A DNA stretch of 64,000 nucleotides, taken from Camelus dromedarius. Taxonomy: Eukaryota. The DNA is taken from NCBI RefSeq assembly GCF_036321535.1, contig NC_087437.1, positions 61,072,001 through 61,136,000 of the forward strand, in the 5' to 3' direction. Below are positions 36,160 through 48,735 of the stretch, in pieces (position 1 is the stretch's first letter; every line of letters starts with the position of its first letter). A program made the position numbers and the translations under genes. The notes under the pieces were generated by a model. The model was not told where the DNA came from. It saw nothing but the letters and a program-made list of their open reading frames with translations, and ran no database searches.

Positions 36160-37190
36160 CTTCATTTATTCAGTAATTCATTTTTTCAAAAAATATTGTC
36201 TACTGTGTACTGGGTGCTGTTCTAGGAAATGGGGATGTAAAAGTGAACAAAACAGGTTAAAAAATCTCTGCCCCTGTGGAGCCTATGTTCTAGCTGGGTA
36301 GAAGGACAACAAACAAGATAAATACGTAAGTGAACCATATAGTGTATCAAATAGTGATAAGTACCAGGAGAAGGTGAGATAAAGTGATGTGGTAGGAGGG
36401 TGGTTTAGCATTTTAGAGAAGGTAGCTAGGGAAAGTGACTTTTGAATAAAAACTTGAGAGAAGCGAAGGAGTTAACTATGCATATAAAGAGAGGAATTGA
36501 ACTTCAGGCTAAGGTTAACAGCAAGTGCAGAAGCACTGAGGTTTGCATTCCTGGTGTAGTCAAAGCACACAGGGAATGCCAGTGTGGCCTGAGTGGAGAG
36601 AACTAGGGGCAAAGCAGTAGAAAACAAGATAACAGAGTTTGGTAGGGTAGATCATATGAGACCTTGTAAGTCACAATTAGAATGTTGCTTTTACTCTAAA
36701 ATGGGAAATATTTGAGGTATTTTCAACAGAGGAGTGTAGTGATCTAACAACATATTTTAATATCACCAGTCTAGTTGCTGTGTTGAGAACAGGATTCAGG
36801 GGCAAAGATAGACACAGAGAGACTTGTTAGGCCATTGAAATCCAGGCAAGAAGTAATGGTAGCTTGGAGCAAGGTGGTAGTAGTGGGGTGGTGAGAGTGA
36901 ATTTTAGATTATTTTGAAGGTAGAACTTACAAGATTTGCTCATGAATGGGATGTGGGCAGTGAGAGAGAAGGCCAGCCAACCTGACACCAAGGTTTTTGG
37001 CTTAAGCAACTGGCAGAATGGAGTTACCATTGACTGAGATGAGGACCTAGTTTTGGGAAGAGGATGTGATCAGAAGCTCAGTGTTGGGTGTATTGCATAT
37101 GAGTTGCCTACTAGACATCCAGATGGAATATGGGTTGGAATGTGTGGTCTGAAGTTCAGGGGAGAGGTCCAGGCTGGAGATAAAAATTTG
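36160..37190 (-). mobile_element. L2 LINE remnant
   Basis: Begins with the TTCATTTATTCA L2 tail and continues with L2 antisense motifs. Confidence 0.75.
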
Positions 37191-37354
37191 GAATATGACT
37201 TGTTTTCTTTATTTGTTTTTACTACTTTTATAATAAAAAACATGAAAAAAGAAGGATTATATAGTTTTAATGACAAAAAACTGGGGGAAGTTGAGCTGTG
37301 AAGGTCAATTATGGTTTTAGAGTCACCAATTAGATGTTTCAAACTTTCATTTAG

Positions 37355-37488
37355 GTTCAGACCCTCTGTGGTTAAAGACTGTATCCATGCTGTACTCAAG
37401 CAAGAACTGGCAAATGCTGAATACTCTCCAGAAGAAATGCCTCAGCTCACAAAACGTTTATCAGAAAATATTAAAGATAAATTAAAAG
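37355..37488 (+). CDS. DYNLT2B: DYNLT2B exon 2: (R)FRPSVVKDCIHAVLKQELANAEYSPEEMPQLTKRLSENIKDKLK(E)
   Basis: tttag| acceptor, G|gtaata donor. 134 nt. Confidence 0.96.
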
Positions 37489-38316
37489 GTAATAGTGGTG
37501 ATAATTGGAAATAACTTGTTCCCTTCAAACATCCAATTTTACTCATTTGTCTCCTTTGTTTTTAAACAAAGGACATAAGCTGTGGATTCTAGCAAACACA
37601 AATTTCTCTTCAGTGTCTAGTCTTCTCAATTATTTGATAACTTTTACTCATGTAGGTTTTTGTAGATGGTGGGAAAGGGTGAAGGTGTGAAATAAAACAT
37701 TGTACTGAACTACTATCCAAGAAATCTCAGTGTGCAGAAAGACCAGGAAGTACAGAGACTCTTTTCCCTCATAATTTTTGGTGGTCTTTCCTACCAATAT
37801 ATCAAATCCTCTACCTGCCATTCAGTACCCTTGTGGTCTGACCTCAGTCCGTCTCTCCAGCCAAATCCTTAACTACTTGCCCTACTTAACACTCCATCCT
37901 GCCGCACTCTATGTCAGCAGAGCTAATCTCGTGCTTTTCCTCCCTGTACTCTCTCTCTTATTAATAATGCTATACCATCTGAAAAGTCCTTTCTTTCTAT
38001 CTACCCGTTTTAAAAGATATCTTTTAGGAGGGAAGAAATGTCTTTAGTAGTAATGCATTTTCATTGTAATAAACCTGGACAATACACATAATTTTTAAAA
38101 AACTACATAAAATTCTAATACCCATGATAGTTACTACTTAATATTTTGGTGTATTTTCTTATTTTTATTAATATGTTTTAAACTTTAGAAATAAAAAACA
38201 TAGAGAAGTATAAATAAGAAATAACAAATTTATTTCCATCACCCAAACTGTTAATATATTAGTATTTTTGTTTTCAGATTTTTAATGAAAATTAACTGTT
38301 TAAAAAAAAATGCTCA

Positions 38317-38405
38317 GAGGTTGGGGTTTTTGAGCACAAGCCACCTGTTCTCCTTGCTTCACCCTGCAATAAAACTTTCTCCACTTAAAAGAAAATAAAA
38401 AAAGG
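38317..38405 (+). mobile_element. Polyadenylated LTR R-region retrocopy with TSD
   Basis: AATAAA 38368-38373, A tail from 38387. TSD AAAAAATGCTCA at 38305-38316 and 38406-38417. Confidence 0.7.
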
Positions 38406-40856
38406 AAAAAATGCTCATTATAAAAAAATTTTAAGTGTAGAAAAATAAATAAAATTAGAAAAATCACTCCAAATGGCAATAGCCATAAAGAATCATTAAT
38501 ACTGGGTAAACATCTTATCAGACCTCTTTCCTATGTATATGTACAGATAAATGCATACTTTAAAAGCCATGGTATACTATAAACTGTTTCCCATAATGTT
38601 ACAGCATTCATTCGGTATTTAAATGGAGTGATTGCTCACTATTTAGTCCTTTCACCATCCTATTTCCATTGCTGAGTTCTTTTTTCTGGTTCAATTCTTA
38701 CCTGATTTTGTTGTAAGTTTTTGCAGGAAGGGCTCAGAAATGGTATATTCCCTGGATTCTTTCATGTTTGAGAACCAGACATGCCTTTAAACCAGAATAT
38801 ATTTTGGATGGAATATAGTACTTTGAGGTAATTTTTTTCTTGGAAGATCTTATAGACACATTACTACACTGTCTTCTTGCATCGAATGTTACTGTGGAGA
38901 AAATTGAGGCTGTTCTGATATTCTCTGCATAAAGAATCCTATCCTTACCTTGAGGCTCAATAGCTTTTCCAGGATATGGCTTAGTGTTGAGCATTTTATA
39001 TCTGTGGATTTTGTTTTTTCCATAGCAGGGTAATTTTCTTTTATCTCTAAATACATTTCAATTCCATTTGTTAGATTATCTTCTTTAATACACCAAATGT
39101 TGATGTGTTGAATCATCTTTTGTCTTCCATATCTATTAGCTTTTCTCTGCCTTAATTTCTTCCTTTTTCTTTGACATATACTTGTGATTACTTTAGGCCA
39201 GTAATTCAGTTTTCATGTGTATCTGTCCTGTCTCTTGCCATTTTTAATTTATTAGTTCTGCACTGATGTAAAGTGAGTATTCAGTTTGTTTCCTTGGGCT
39301 ATAATCTTCCTTTTATCTTTCTGTTGTTTTATAATCTGATTGAGTTCTTATTTTATTGAATTTGTGAGCTTATGTTGTTCTGTATTGTGAATCAGTTGTG
39401 AGAAATTTCTCTTTGTTCCTTGATTTGTATTACCTCCTAGGTTGAGTTTTTTTGTCTTTTAAACAGTTCATTTCTTTTCTTGTCATTCTTTGGTTTGTTT
39501 TTGCTGTTGAACCTTTGCATATTGCCACTCAGCCTCTTTTCATTTTGCTCTGCTGTGTGGGTGATTTTTTTTTTAACTCTCCTCCTGCTGTATCTGTGGC
39601 TATTTTATTTTTCCCTCAGAATTATGTTTTAAGGGCTGTATATTTAATATTCTAGCCACATTTCTAAAGTATGGGTATGAGAAATAGAGGGAGAGGAATG
39701 GGTAGAAATAGAAGGAAGCTGAGCTGAGCTGTGTGCATTGATTTTTAAAAAATAACTTGGGCTCTGTCTTCTGAGATTTTGTTAAGTGTCCTAGATTAGG
39801 GTTCATGTCCCAGATGGGAGGGTACCTGTAGTGTTCAGATTGTTTGCCTAATTTGCTGTATAATCCTGGAGGTTTTATTCTCAGAGAGAGTTGACTCTGT
39901 TTCAACTTTGCCTATTTCATTAAAAAAAAAATTGTTTCCACTTTTCCTTGGTCAGTAAAGAAGGAAGATAAAGATGCCCACTCAGTTTTCTGTCCCCTAA
40001 ATTTGGTGTTGGTGAGAATTTTCAGGATTTTGTTGTTTCAGCAGCAAAGTTTCTGGGGAAGCAACTGAGTTGTGCTAGGCCACCCCAGTATACTCCAGAA
40101 TCTTATGGTTTATTTTCTATCTTATTGAACAGCTTGCAGTTTTCTAAAGATCCCATGCTCTGTATCTCTGCGTATGCTAAATCCCTTTCCATAGAATGGA
40201 GAGACGTTGTCCACCTGGTAAATTCCCACTCATCTTTCAGAACTCAGCTCACTTTATCACATCCTCCAAGAAGTCTTTTCTGACCATCCCTTCCCCATTG
40301 CCCAAAGGGAGAAGCCTCTCAGCTTTGTGCTCCTGATGTACCTTATCCATGCCACTCTTTGAATTATTAGTACATTGCATTTTCTTTTTATTTGTCATGT
40401 TTGCCTTCCCAACTACTATGAGTCTTTAAGGCAAGAAGAGTGTCTTATTTATCTCTTTATCTTGAGGGCCTAGGTCAGTACCTGACTTAGAGTAGGGGAG
40501 AAAGGAAGGAAGCTAAGACCTATTGAGAGACTACTACAGAAGATAAATGGGTAGAGACAGGAGGAAGCTTATCTCATCTAACCTCACAACACCCCTGGGA
40601 GGAAGGTAGTGATATTCCCATTTAACAGACGAGGGAGACTTAAACTGAAAAGTTAAATAATTTGTCTAAAATTACACACTTACTAAGCTTATGGTTAGAA
40701 TTTGTCCTCAAGTCTCTCTGACTCCCAAGCTTATAATCATACTTAGTAAGTGCTTGTAGACTGAATGCTTATGTTCCTTTCTAAGCAAATTTGCCTTCAT
40801 TAAGTAATTTTACCATATATTTGCTTAAAGATAACTTTCTTATTTTTTCTTTCCAG

Positions 40857-40926
40857 AAATGGGATTTGACCGATATAAAATGGTGGTGCAAGTAGTGATT
40901 GGAGAACAAAGAGGGGAAGGAGTATT
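40857..40926 (+). CDS. DYNLT2B: DYNLT2B exon 3: (E)MGFDRYKMVVQVVIGEQRGEGV(F)
   Basis: tccag| acceptor, |gtgagt donor. 70 nt, Tctex-1 RYK motif. Confidence 0.96.
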
Positions 40927-43484
40927 GTGAGTAGTTGATTTTTCTTTCTTGTTTTTATTTTTACATGTTTCTTATTGGGTCTTCATCCTCTTGACAACTC
41001 ACTAAGATTGCAAGAGTGAGAAGAAAGGACAGTATAATCAAATGCAGCTGGGAACAGAAGTGATCCTGGTCCTGAGCAGTGATGGGGGGAGCTCCACGGG
41101 GTAGCTCACTTTTCAAAGAATCTGTAGGCTAAGATGTCTTTTAGGGTTTATGTATATATACACCCAAAGAGAGTGTAGGATTATGTATATATGTTTCCTC
41201 CCTTATTCCTTGTTGCCTGGTTTTTGGTCCTACCATTCTCCTAAATTAATTTCTTTAAAATTGTCTGAGAGACAGTTTTCATAGCTCTTGTTACTGCCCT
41301 GGACTTCTGTTTTTTAAAATTCACTCTGGTTTTTTTGGTCCTGGTATCAGTTATCTAACTTGTTTCTCTTCTGTTTTTCTAACTGATTATTCTCTCCTTC
41401 ACTGATTCCTCTTTCTCCCCTATGTCCCCAGCTGTGAGCTTTCTTCAAGGCTCACTTCTTATTCTTCTGCTTTTCTCTCTGCTTTTTCAATGAGCTCATT
41501 CATTCTCATGACCTCAAACTGTCATTCCCCTATTGGCAAGTTCAAAAATCTCTATTTCCTGTCTTTTCCTATGCCCAAGTGTTAGTCTTCTGTTTCCCTT
41601 TGTAAACAGTGCCTAGTCTAGTATTTTTGTAAGAAAGTACAAAAATATTTGCTGAATGAATTTTAAAAAATACCTTGTAGATACTATCACTGAGAATTTT
41701 CACTATAGAATGTTAGATTTGGAAGGGACTGCAGATTTTTGCTGGTGTCCAGTCCCCTTGTTTTATGATGACACTTAGGAAGTTGAGCATGATTTGCCCC
41801 AAATTATGGATCTGGCTGGTGTCAGGGCCACTGGACAGAGCCCAGGCTTCTGACTCCCAGTGCAGGACTCTCCACCACGGAGCCCTCTACCATCTGGTCA
41901 AAAGGCTTCAGGAGATTTCCTCACCACAGACACTAAGAAATACTTTACTGTCTTGCCACCTCAGATTCAATGTGATTAAATAAAGTTCCAAATTCTTTTC
42001 CCTTCCTTTCAAATCAGTCTGTCTTCTTCATTTCTCTGTCTCCTGCAGTATTACCAAGGTTCCATTGACTCAGGCTTAAAAACGTAGAGTCCTCTTTTAT
42101 CTTACATAGCTATTACTCTCTCGTTGCATGTACTGTAACCTGGACGCTGGGGTGACTTAGCAGCCCCTTATCAGCACGTCCAGACTCTGATCTGTCTCCT
42201 CCACAATGCACATACCAGACCAATCTCCCAGAAGTACACCACACTTTCTTTTCTTAAACTCTGTAGAGTTTATTTCAAACCCTGTAAAATAAAAACTCCC
42301 CAAACTTGTCCTGACTGACTTTGTTAAATGTGATCAGGCCAGGTTCTAAAGCATGGCATACAAGGCCTCTGCCACCTCCTTTTAAAACTTCTGTCATCTA
42401 AAATTTCAAGCATATATGAAAGTGCAGGCGCTAAGGAACTCCCACGTGTCTGTCATTTAGCTTTAAAGGTTATCAACACATACCCATGTTGTTTCATTTA
42501 CACCTCTGTCCATTCTCCCTGCCCAACTAGATTATTTAAAGATTTCAGTCATCACACCATTTCATCTGTAAATACAATACTCTCTATCTCTAAGATGTCA
42601 GGGCCCTTTTTAACATAATAAAATATCACATCTAAATATTGAAAATCCTTAATATTATAAAATATTCAATTAGCTTTTAAATATCCTCAATTGTCTCATA
42701 TGTACATGTGCATGTATGTATATGTGTGTTTTTCTGTGTGTATATATGTATGTAATTTTTCTTTTTACAATTTTTTCAAGTCAGGATCCAGGCAAAATCC
42801 ATACATTGCATTTGGTTGATACATCTCTTAAATTTCTTTTAACTTATCATTTCACTTCCTCTTTTCTCTCTCTGTCTTTCTCTTTTTTACCTTGTCATTT
42901 ATTTGCTGAAGAAATTAGGTTGTTTGTCCTGTAGAATTTCATAGTATCCTGTAGAGATAATACTGGATTTAGAATTATTTAGAAGATTGAATTCTAATTC
43001 AGAGTTTATCCCTCTTTTTCCTAGAACTGTATGAAATTATCAGGCTAGATAAAATAATTTGTTGTCCTTTCCAGACCCACCTTCTCATATTTTTGTGCAG
43101 GAATTAAGCCTTGAATCATAAGTCTTAGGTATTATTTCCTCTAAAAGTCACATACAGATATCTTACCTGAAATAATCTATAACAGAGCTTCTAACCCAAA
43201 CTTACCAAAAACTTCAAGGTATCAGGCAGCCAGTCAGAGTCTGAGGCTGTTAGGCCCCTGGGCTGGTCACCTCCAGCCACAAGCAGCCTTATCTGTGACT
43301 CTAGTCCCTTCTGGTTTACCTACTATACTCTGCACAAATATGATTTTCTGTGTTTTATCCTGTGAAAATATTTGGAAGCACTGATGTATAAAAATGTATC
43401 AAGGAAAACTTTTGCTTATGGTAGATATATGTAGTTCAGATCCTTGTTACATTATTCATAATTCTCTATTCTTTGACTTTTTAG

Positions 43485-43548
43485 CATGGCTGCTCGCTGT
43501 TTCTGGGATGCTGACACTGACAACTGCACTCATGATGTTTTCATGAAT
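43485..43548 (+). CDS. DYNLT2B: DYNLT2B exon 4: (F)MAARCFWDADTDNCTHDVFMN
   Basis: tttag| acceptor, |gtgagt donor. 64 nt, WDxxxD motif. Confidence 0.96.
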
Positions 43549-45214
43549 GTGAGTCTATTTGGAAACTTTTCTCCCTTTCTTAAGGGCACCTGGGCATTCC
43601 AAATCAAATCACCTAATATTTGTTAAGATGTGAGGATACTTTTGTTTTAGACGTTTGTCTGAAACTCCTTCTGAGTGAGATGATTTTACTGTTTCTTTGT
43701 GTTATTACAGCAGAAACTTAGTGTGTTGCTTATAGGCCAGGAGACTTTTATGTGTATAGATGATGTAACTCTTCGTCAGTTTGAATGTGGGAATAGCATA
43801 GTTTATTTAGTGCTACCAGATGGATAGCACTTTGCTAAGCTGCAAAGAAATTTGGGTGGCAGGGGTTCCATGAACAGAGGTAATTTTCTTTCAGTAATAA
43901 AATTATCTTAAAGCTATTTCTCAAAACTAAATAAAAATAAAGAAGAATTTTAAAAAAGAGGTTTCATTTAAACATTCGTAAGTTAGTGACATGAATGCTT
44001 TATGTGTTTTAATCATGTGTTATTTTATATTTGCTTTCAAAAATGATTCCGTCTTCTATCCAAATGCTCCCAGGCTGTGAATTAGTAAAGACAGAATTAA
44101 AGTATAGAATAGTAGAAAAGAACTAGATTGAGTGAATTAGGAGAGAGGTTCCACTTCTAGTTCTTTAACTTTCTAATTAAATGACTTTAGGTAAATCACT
44201 GAAATTTTCTTTGATTATATCAGTAACAGTAGGAAGCTGCACTAGATTTTCCCAAAGACTGACCGTGGCTGCCTAAGAATAATTTGAGGAACTTGTTTAC
44301 AATACAGATGCCAGGGCCCTTCTCAATAGATTCTGATCAAATAAACCAGGGGTTGGATCCGTGAATCTGAATTTTTAAAGAAGTTCCCTATATGACTTAC
44401 TGCCAGCTTTGGAAGCTGCTTGTGTAGATGATCTTAAGGCACCTTTTAGCTCTAAAATTCTATAGTCCTACTAAAGTTTTATTTAGTGCTCGACTGCCCT
44501 AGGGATCAAGGCTGAACAGTGGGAAGTACTACGTAAATCTTCATTTATCGGCTCTCTTGGGGTAGGGGCAAGCTAAGGTGGTGGTTTTCCCTGATTATTT
44601 TGGAGTTAAAAACGTGTATTTCCCTGAGTCATTATACAATACAATTCATTCATTCAACAAATAATTTTGAGCTCCTGTTATGTGCCAGCTTCTGTACTAG
44701 TCTTATATTTGATTTTGTTATAATCTGTTATTACATTTGGAAAGTAGGGATAACCCATAATTCAATTCCTTTATTGCTAGGAATAAAATGATGACTAAGA
44801 CAGTCATGGTTTCTGCTGGTTGAGAGCTTATAAACCAGTGGAGGCTAGACAATACTCAGATTAACAAATATGCAATTAAAAATTTTAGTTATCAATAAAG
44901 ATCAGGATCACGTTTTAGAACACAGTGTTGGTAGAGGAGGTGTCTAAAAATCATTTTTGAGAGATGGGTCTAGGTTGCTGACTTAATCTACTGTGTCTTT
45001 AGTTCAGTTTATTGAGTGTTTATTTAGGTTTCATTTTCAGAGCTTAAAGTACTTTGTTTATTTGGGAGAAAATCCCAGGAAGGACCACTACTAGATGAGG
45101 AAATGAGAGAGGGGAGAGAAGAGCATGTACTACTGAGCTGATAACTGCTGTGGATAACCAGGGCTCAATCCGGATGGAGAACTGTGGGTGGCACTGTAAG
45201 AACAATGCCAATCA

Positions 45215-45386
45215 GGGTGAGGAGGGTATAGCTCAGTGGTAGAGTGCCTGCTTAGCATGCACAAGGTCCTGGGTTCAATCCCTAGTATCTCCAAACAAAT
45301 AAATAAACCTAATAACCTCCCTCTGCCAAAAAGAAAGAAAAAAATAAAGTTAAAAATGTCTTTAAAATAACTTAAAAAAAAAAAAA
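45215..45386 (+). mobile_element. Vic-1-like tRNA SINE
   Basis: TAGCTCAGTGG A box, GGTTCAATCCC B box, A tail. Degenerate TSD AATGCCAATCA / AGTGCCAGTCA. Confidence 0.9.
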
Positions 45387-46213
45387 GTAGTGCCAGTCAA
45401 AGCGGGGTCCATAGACCAGTGCCAGTCCACAAACTGTTACAAGTCTTCGACAAGGTAAGTACATAAATTGGGTGTAAGGGTTTAGAAACTCTCATGGGCA
45501 TTTGACAAAGTAATTTTATGTCCATTGAATCTAATAAAAAGTTTAAGCTGTATTTATATGTTTCTTTTTTTATTTCATTTTCTCAGTCATTAATTTTTAT
45601 TGTATTTTATGAAAATAACAGTTCATGAGGGATTGAAAATTCAAACAAACAAAAAGTAGGTCCCTGACCACAGATAGCGCTGTTTTAGAACACAGCTCAC
45701 AGTTATCCTATCAAAAAAGCCAGGGAACTGGGTTAACCAAAGAATTTTCTTTTGGTTAGTAATCAAGTACTTGAATTTATATTTTCTCCCATCACTGCCA
45801 GGCTGGAGGTGAGGTTGGTGGGTTGGGAGTTGCTGAGGCAGTTGGAATTCTTGTAATAAGTACCTAAAAAGTGTTTCAATAAGTTTCATTAGGATCTAGA
45901 AAACATTTTGAGATTCTGAGCTAAAAGATGGATAAATGAATTTTATCAGTTAAGAACAAAAAACCAGACATCATTTGTCCTTATCCAGAATTTATGACAA
46001 GGTGCTGTATTTTTATTATCTGTGATACAATAATATCCTTGGATTGGGTAATGCATTTACTCCGAGAAACTCAAAGGATTTTTATACATTATATTATTTT
46101 TTTGATAAGTCAGGGAAAATGGGAATACTTATTTCATGAATAAACATTACATAGTTCATTAGTTTGCATTTTATTTCTGCATTCAGAGACTGTAATTCTT
46201 TACCCATCCTACC

Positions 46214-46464
46214 TTTTTTTTTTTACCTTTTTTTTATTCAGTTATAGTCAGTTTACAATGTTATGTCAGTTTCCAGTGTAGAACACAATTTTTCAGTTAT
46301 ACATGAGCATTCATATATTCATTGTTGCATACTTTTTCACCGTGAGCTACCACTAGATCTTGTATATATTTCCCTGTGCTGTACAGTATAATCTTGTTTA
46401 TCTATTCTATATATACCTGTCAGTATCTACAAATTTTGAACTCCCAGTCTGTCCCTTTCCACCC
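46214..46464 (-). mobile_element. 5'-truncated L1 3' end with TSD
   Basis: TSD CCCATCCTACC at 46203-46213 and 46465-46475. Confidence 0.88.
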
Positions 46465-46691
46465 CCCATCCTACCCTTTTAGCAAGCAATTTTGTAGCTA
46501 CCCTGAGGCAAGTAACTTTATAGGTATACTCTGAAAAATATGTTTCTTGAAAAAGAAAATTTTCATGATTAAAAATTGGCAAAGATCTAGGTGATATTAA
46601 TTTCAGGTCTGTGCTGCCCTTAGTCCTTCATTAGTACTAACATTCTGGATTTGTGTGTCTGTTTCTGTTTGTTTGTTTTTGTTTTTTTTAG

Positions 46692-46739
46692 GACAGTTTA
46701 TTCTGTGTTGTAGCGGCATTTGGCTGTTTCTACTATTAA
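46692..46739 (+). CDS. DYNLT2B: DYNLT2B last exon: DSLFCVVAAFGCFYY*
   Basis: T-rich tract and tag| acceptor. Total CDS 423 nt = 140 aa. Confidence 0.96.
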   Translation, partial: DSLFCVVAAFGCFYY

Positions 46740-46812
46740 ATCTTTGAAAGCTGGAAAAAGATATGACCATGAAGAAATACGAACTTTTTTATCTTGTTAA
46801 ATATTTTGACAA

Positions 46813-46818
46813 AATAAA
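46813..46818 (+). terminator. DYNLT2B: Candidate DYNLT2B polyadenylation signal
   Basis: AATAAA 73 nt after the stop, with GT-rich sequence downstream. Confidence 0.7.
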
Positions 46819-48179
46819 GAAAAGTTGGCAGTTTGGCAACTGAGTCTGTTGAGTTTTAGGTCTTATATTTTAATGTTTTGATTTTTTAAATACTATGTTA
46901 TTACATTTGGAAGGTAGAAAAAAAGTCGGGAAAATCTTTAATTCAATTGTTCAAACATAACCAACTAAATATTTTGGTATATTTTGTACCAGTGTTTTGT
47001 TTTTTTTAATTTGCAGTGTTTAAAAAAAATCACATATATACTTTTGTAACCTGATTTTTCACTTCTCATAATGTCATGTGCAGTTTTATGTCATAATTTT
47101 GTCTGCATTCTAATTTTCATAAGCATAATTTAATAGTTGTATTTATTCCTTCAGGTTATATAACATTGGTTATTTTTGCCATCTCCTTATTGAGGGACTG
47201 GTTATTTCTAATTTTTCATTATTATAAATAACACTGAGGCCAATTTATTTGTGCATAAAATTTTTCTCCTGCATTTTAAATTATTGCCTTTATCCTTTTA
47301 CCCAGTGTTTTTGCTCCGTTCTTGACACCTTGACATAGTTTCCACCACTTGTTACACATGCATTCTTTTCTCCAGGCTTTGCCCAGTGTCAGGGTCTGAG
47401 AGTTTCCAAGCTGTATATGAAATTAACCTTCCTTTTAGACTCTCAAAGATTATGTTGTTACTATCCCAACTCCATCTTTGTAGTGCTGTTTCCCTTAGAG
47501 TTTCTGGTGTCTTTTCCAGCTAGCTGTCCTTATTTGGAGCACTTTAATCTATCTGCAATTTTCAAATAACTATGTGAAACTCAAAAGGGAAGGGTCACAA
47601 TTTACATTTTTTTTTCTCCCTGGAGGCTTCTCAGTAGATGCTTGTTTACCCACACTTTCTTCCCAGCCACTTTCAGGTCAAGCATGTAGACAAAAATAAT
47701 ACATTAAAAAATTCTTTTACATACCTTTTCCATAACATTGTAATTTACTTGCTTTACATCTATAGAATCAAAAGGGACCCCTGCAAAGATTCATTCTAGC
47801 AAGGGGAAACTTCTCTTCATCAGAAATCTTGCCATGTGATTGCCTACCAGTGGCCTCCCTTGAATCTGTTCCTTCTCAGCTAACCCCCCAGTTGATTCCT
47901 TGGTGAGCCAACCTAGGTTAGAAATAATAGGAAGAGGCGTTTGGGCCAGATGCAGGTTTTCACAGAACTTGGTTGGCGGACGTGAATTCTCTTTACATCA
48001 TTAAGTAGGGGAAAGTCTGTGTGAAGCAGTCGCAGACCATAGGGTAGGGTAGGGGGTGTCTTGGATGGAAGGCGTCACAGCCATCTGCGTTGTCAATGTC
48101 CTGGTACGAGTGCCTGGCACCACAACAGGCGCTGGGGATGGAGCGGGAAGGACCAAGACAGAAAAGTCAGCCTGGGAGG

Positions 48180-48490
48180 GACCGAGCACGGAGCTGGACA
48201 AAAGGAGAGCCATCGACCCAACGCTTCTTCACGGATTGCCGGCGAGCACGCGTGACAAGTAACATCGTATTTCATTACAAGATACGGCCGTATCTTCTCC
48301 GCATACTCGAGTTCCGCAGGGAGATGGACTTTTTACCATTTTATCTTCTGTCTCTGGCGATTTCGGCTCAGTCTCTCCGTCCCCGCGGCCTCTATGGAGG
48401 CGGAACTACTGTGTCAGGTGTCTTGGTTTTCAGGAAGAAGTCGTGGTCGGAGTGACAAGAGGGCGGGCAGTAGGCGGGACTTCCGGCTCG
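48180..48490 (+). promoter_or_regulatory. PCYT1A: CpG-island housekeeping promoter, assigned to PCYT1A by synteny
   Basis: CpG-rich and TATA-less. GC boxes (GGGCGGG, GGCGGG) and ETS ACTTCCGG near 48479. Gene order UBXN7-TM4SF19-DYNLT2B-PCYT1A. Confidence 0.75.
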
Positions 48491-48609
48491 CGGTTCCGTC
48501 CGCTGCCTTTCCCGGGCGTCTCCCCGCAACCTCCCCAACTTCCCTTGTCCGTGACGCGGCACCCAGGAGAAACCCGACGGGACTCGGGCCGGGGAAGCGT
48601 GAGCTGCAG
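48485..48609 (+). other. PCYT1A: PCYT1A non-coding exon 1 (5' end approximate); intron 1 runs past the window end
   Basis: Ends at the strong donor CTGCAG|gtaggc. No ATG in the exon, and no PCYT1A coding exon recognised downstream in the window. Confidence 0.65.
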
Positions 48610-48735
48610 GTAGGCACCCGGTCTGTGCATGTCCTTGCGGCTCTGAGAGGAGAAACTGTGGGGCTGGCACCGCGGGGAAGCTAACTGAAAGAAGAGTGGG
48701 TCAGTGTCAGCAAGGGGAGTGTGAGGCAGGGGCTG

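Noticed and set aside
45215..45295. tRNA-Ala gene (also at 1081, 25500 and 50580)
   Set aside because: Mutated stems, A tails and TSDs identify these as SINEs.
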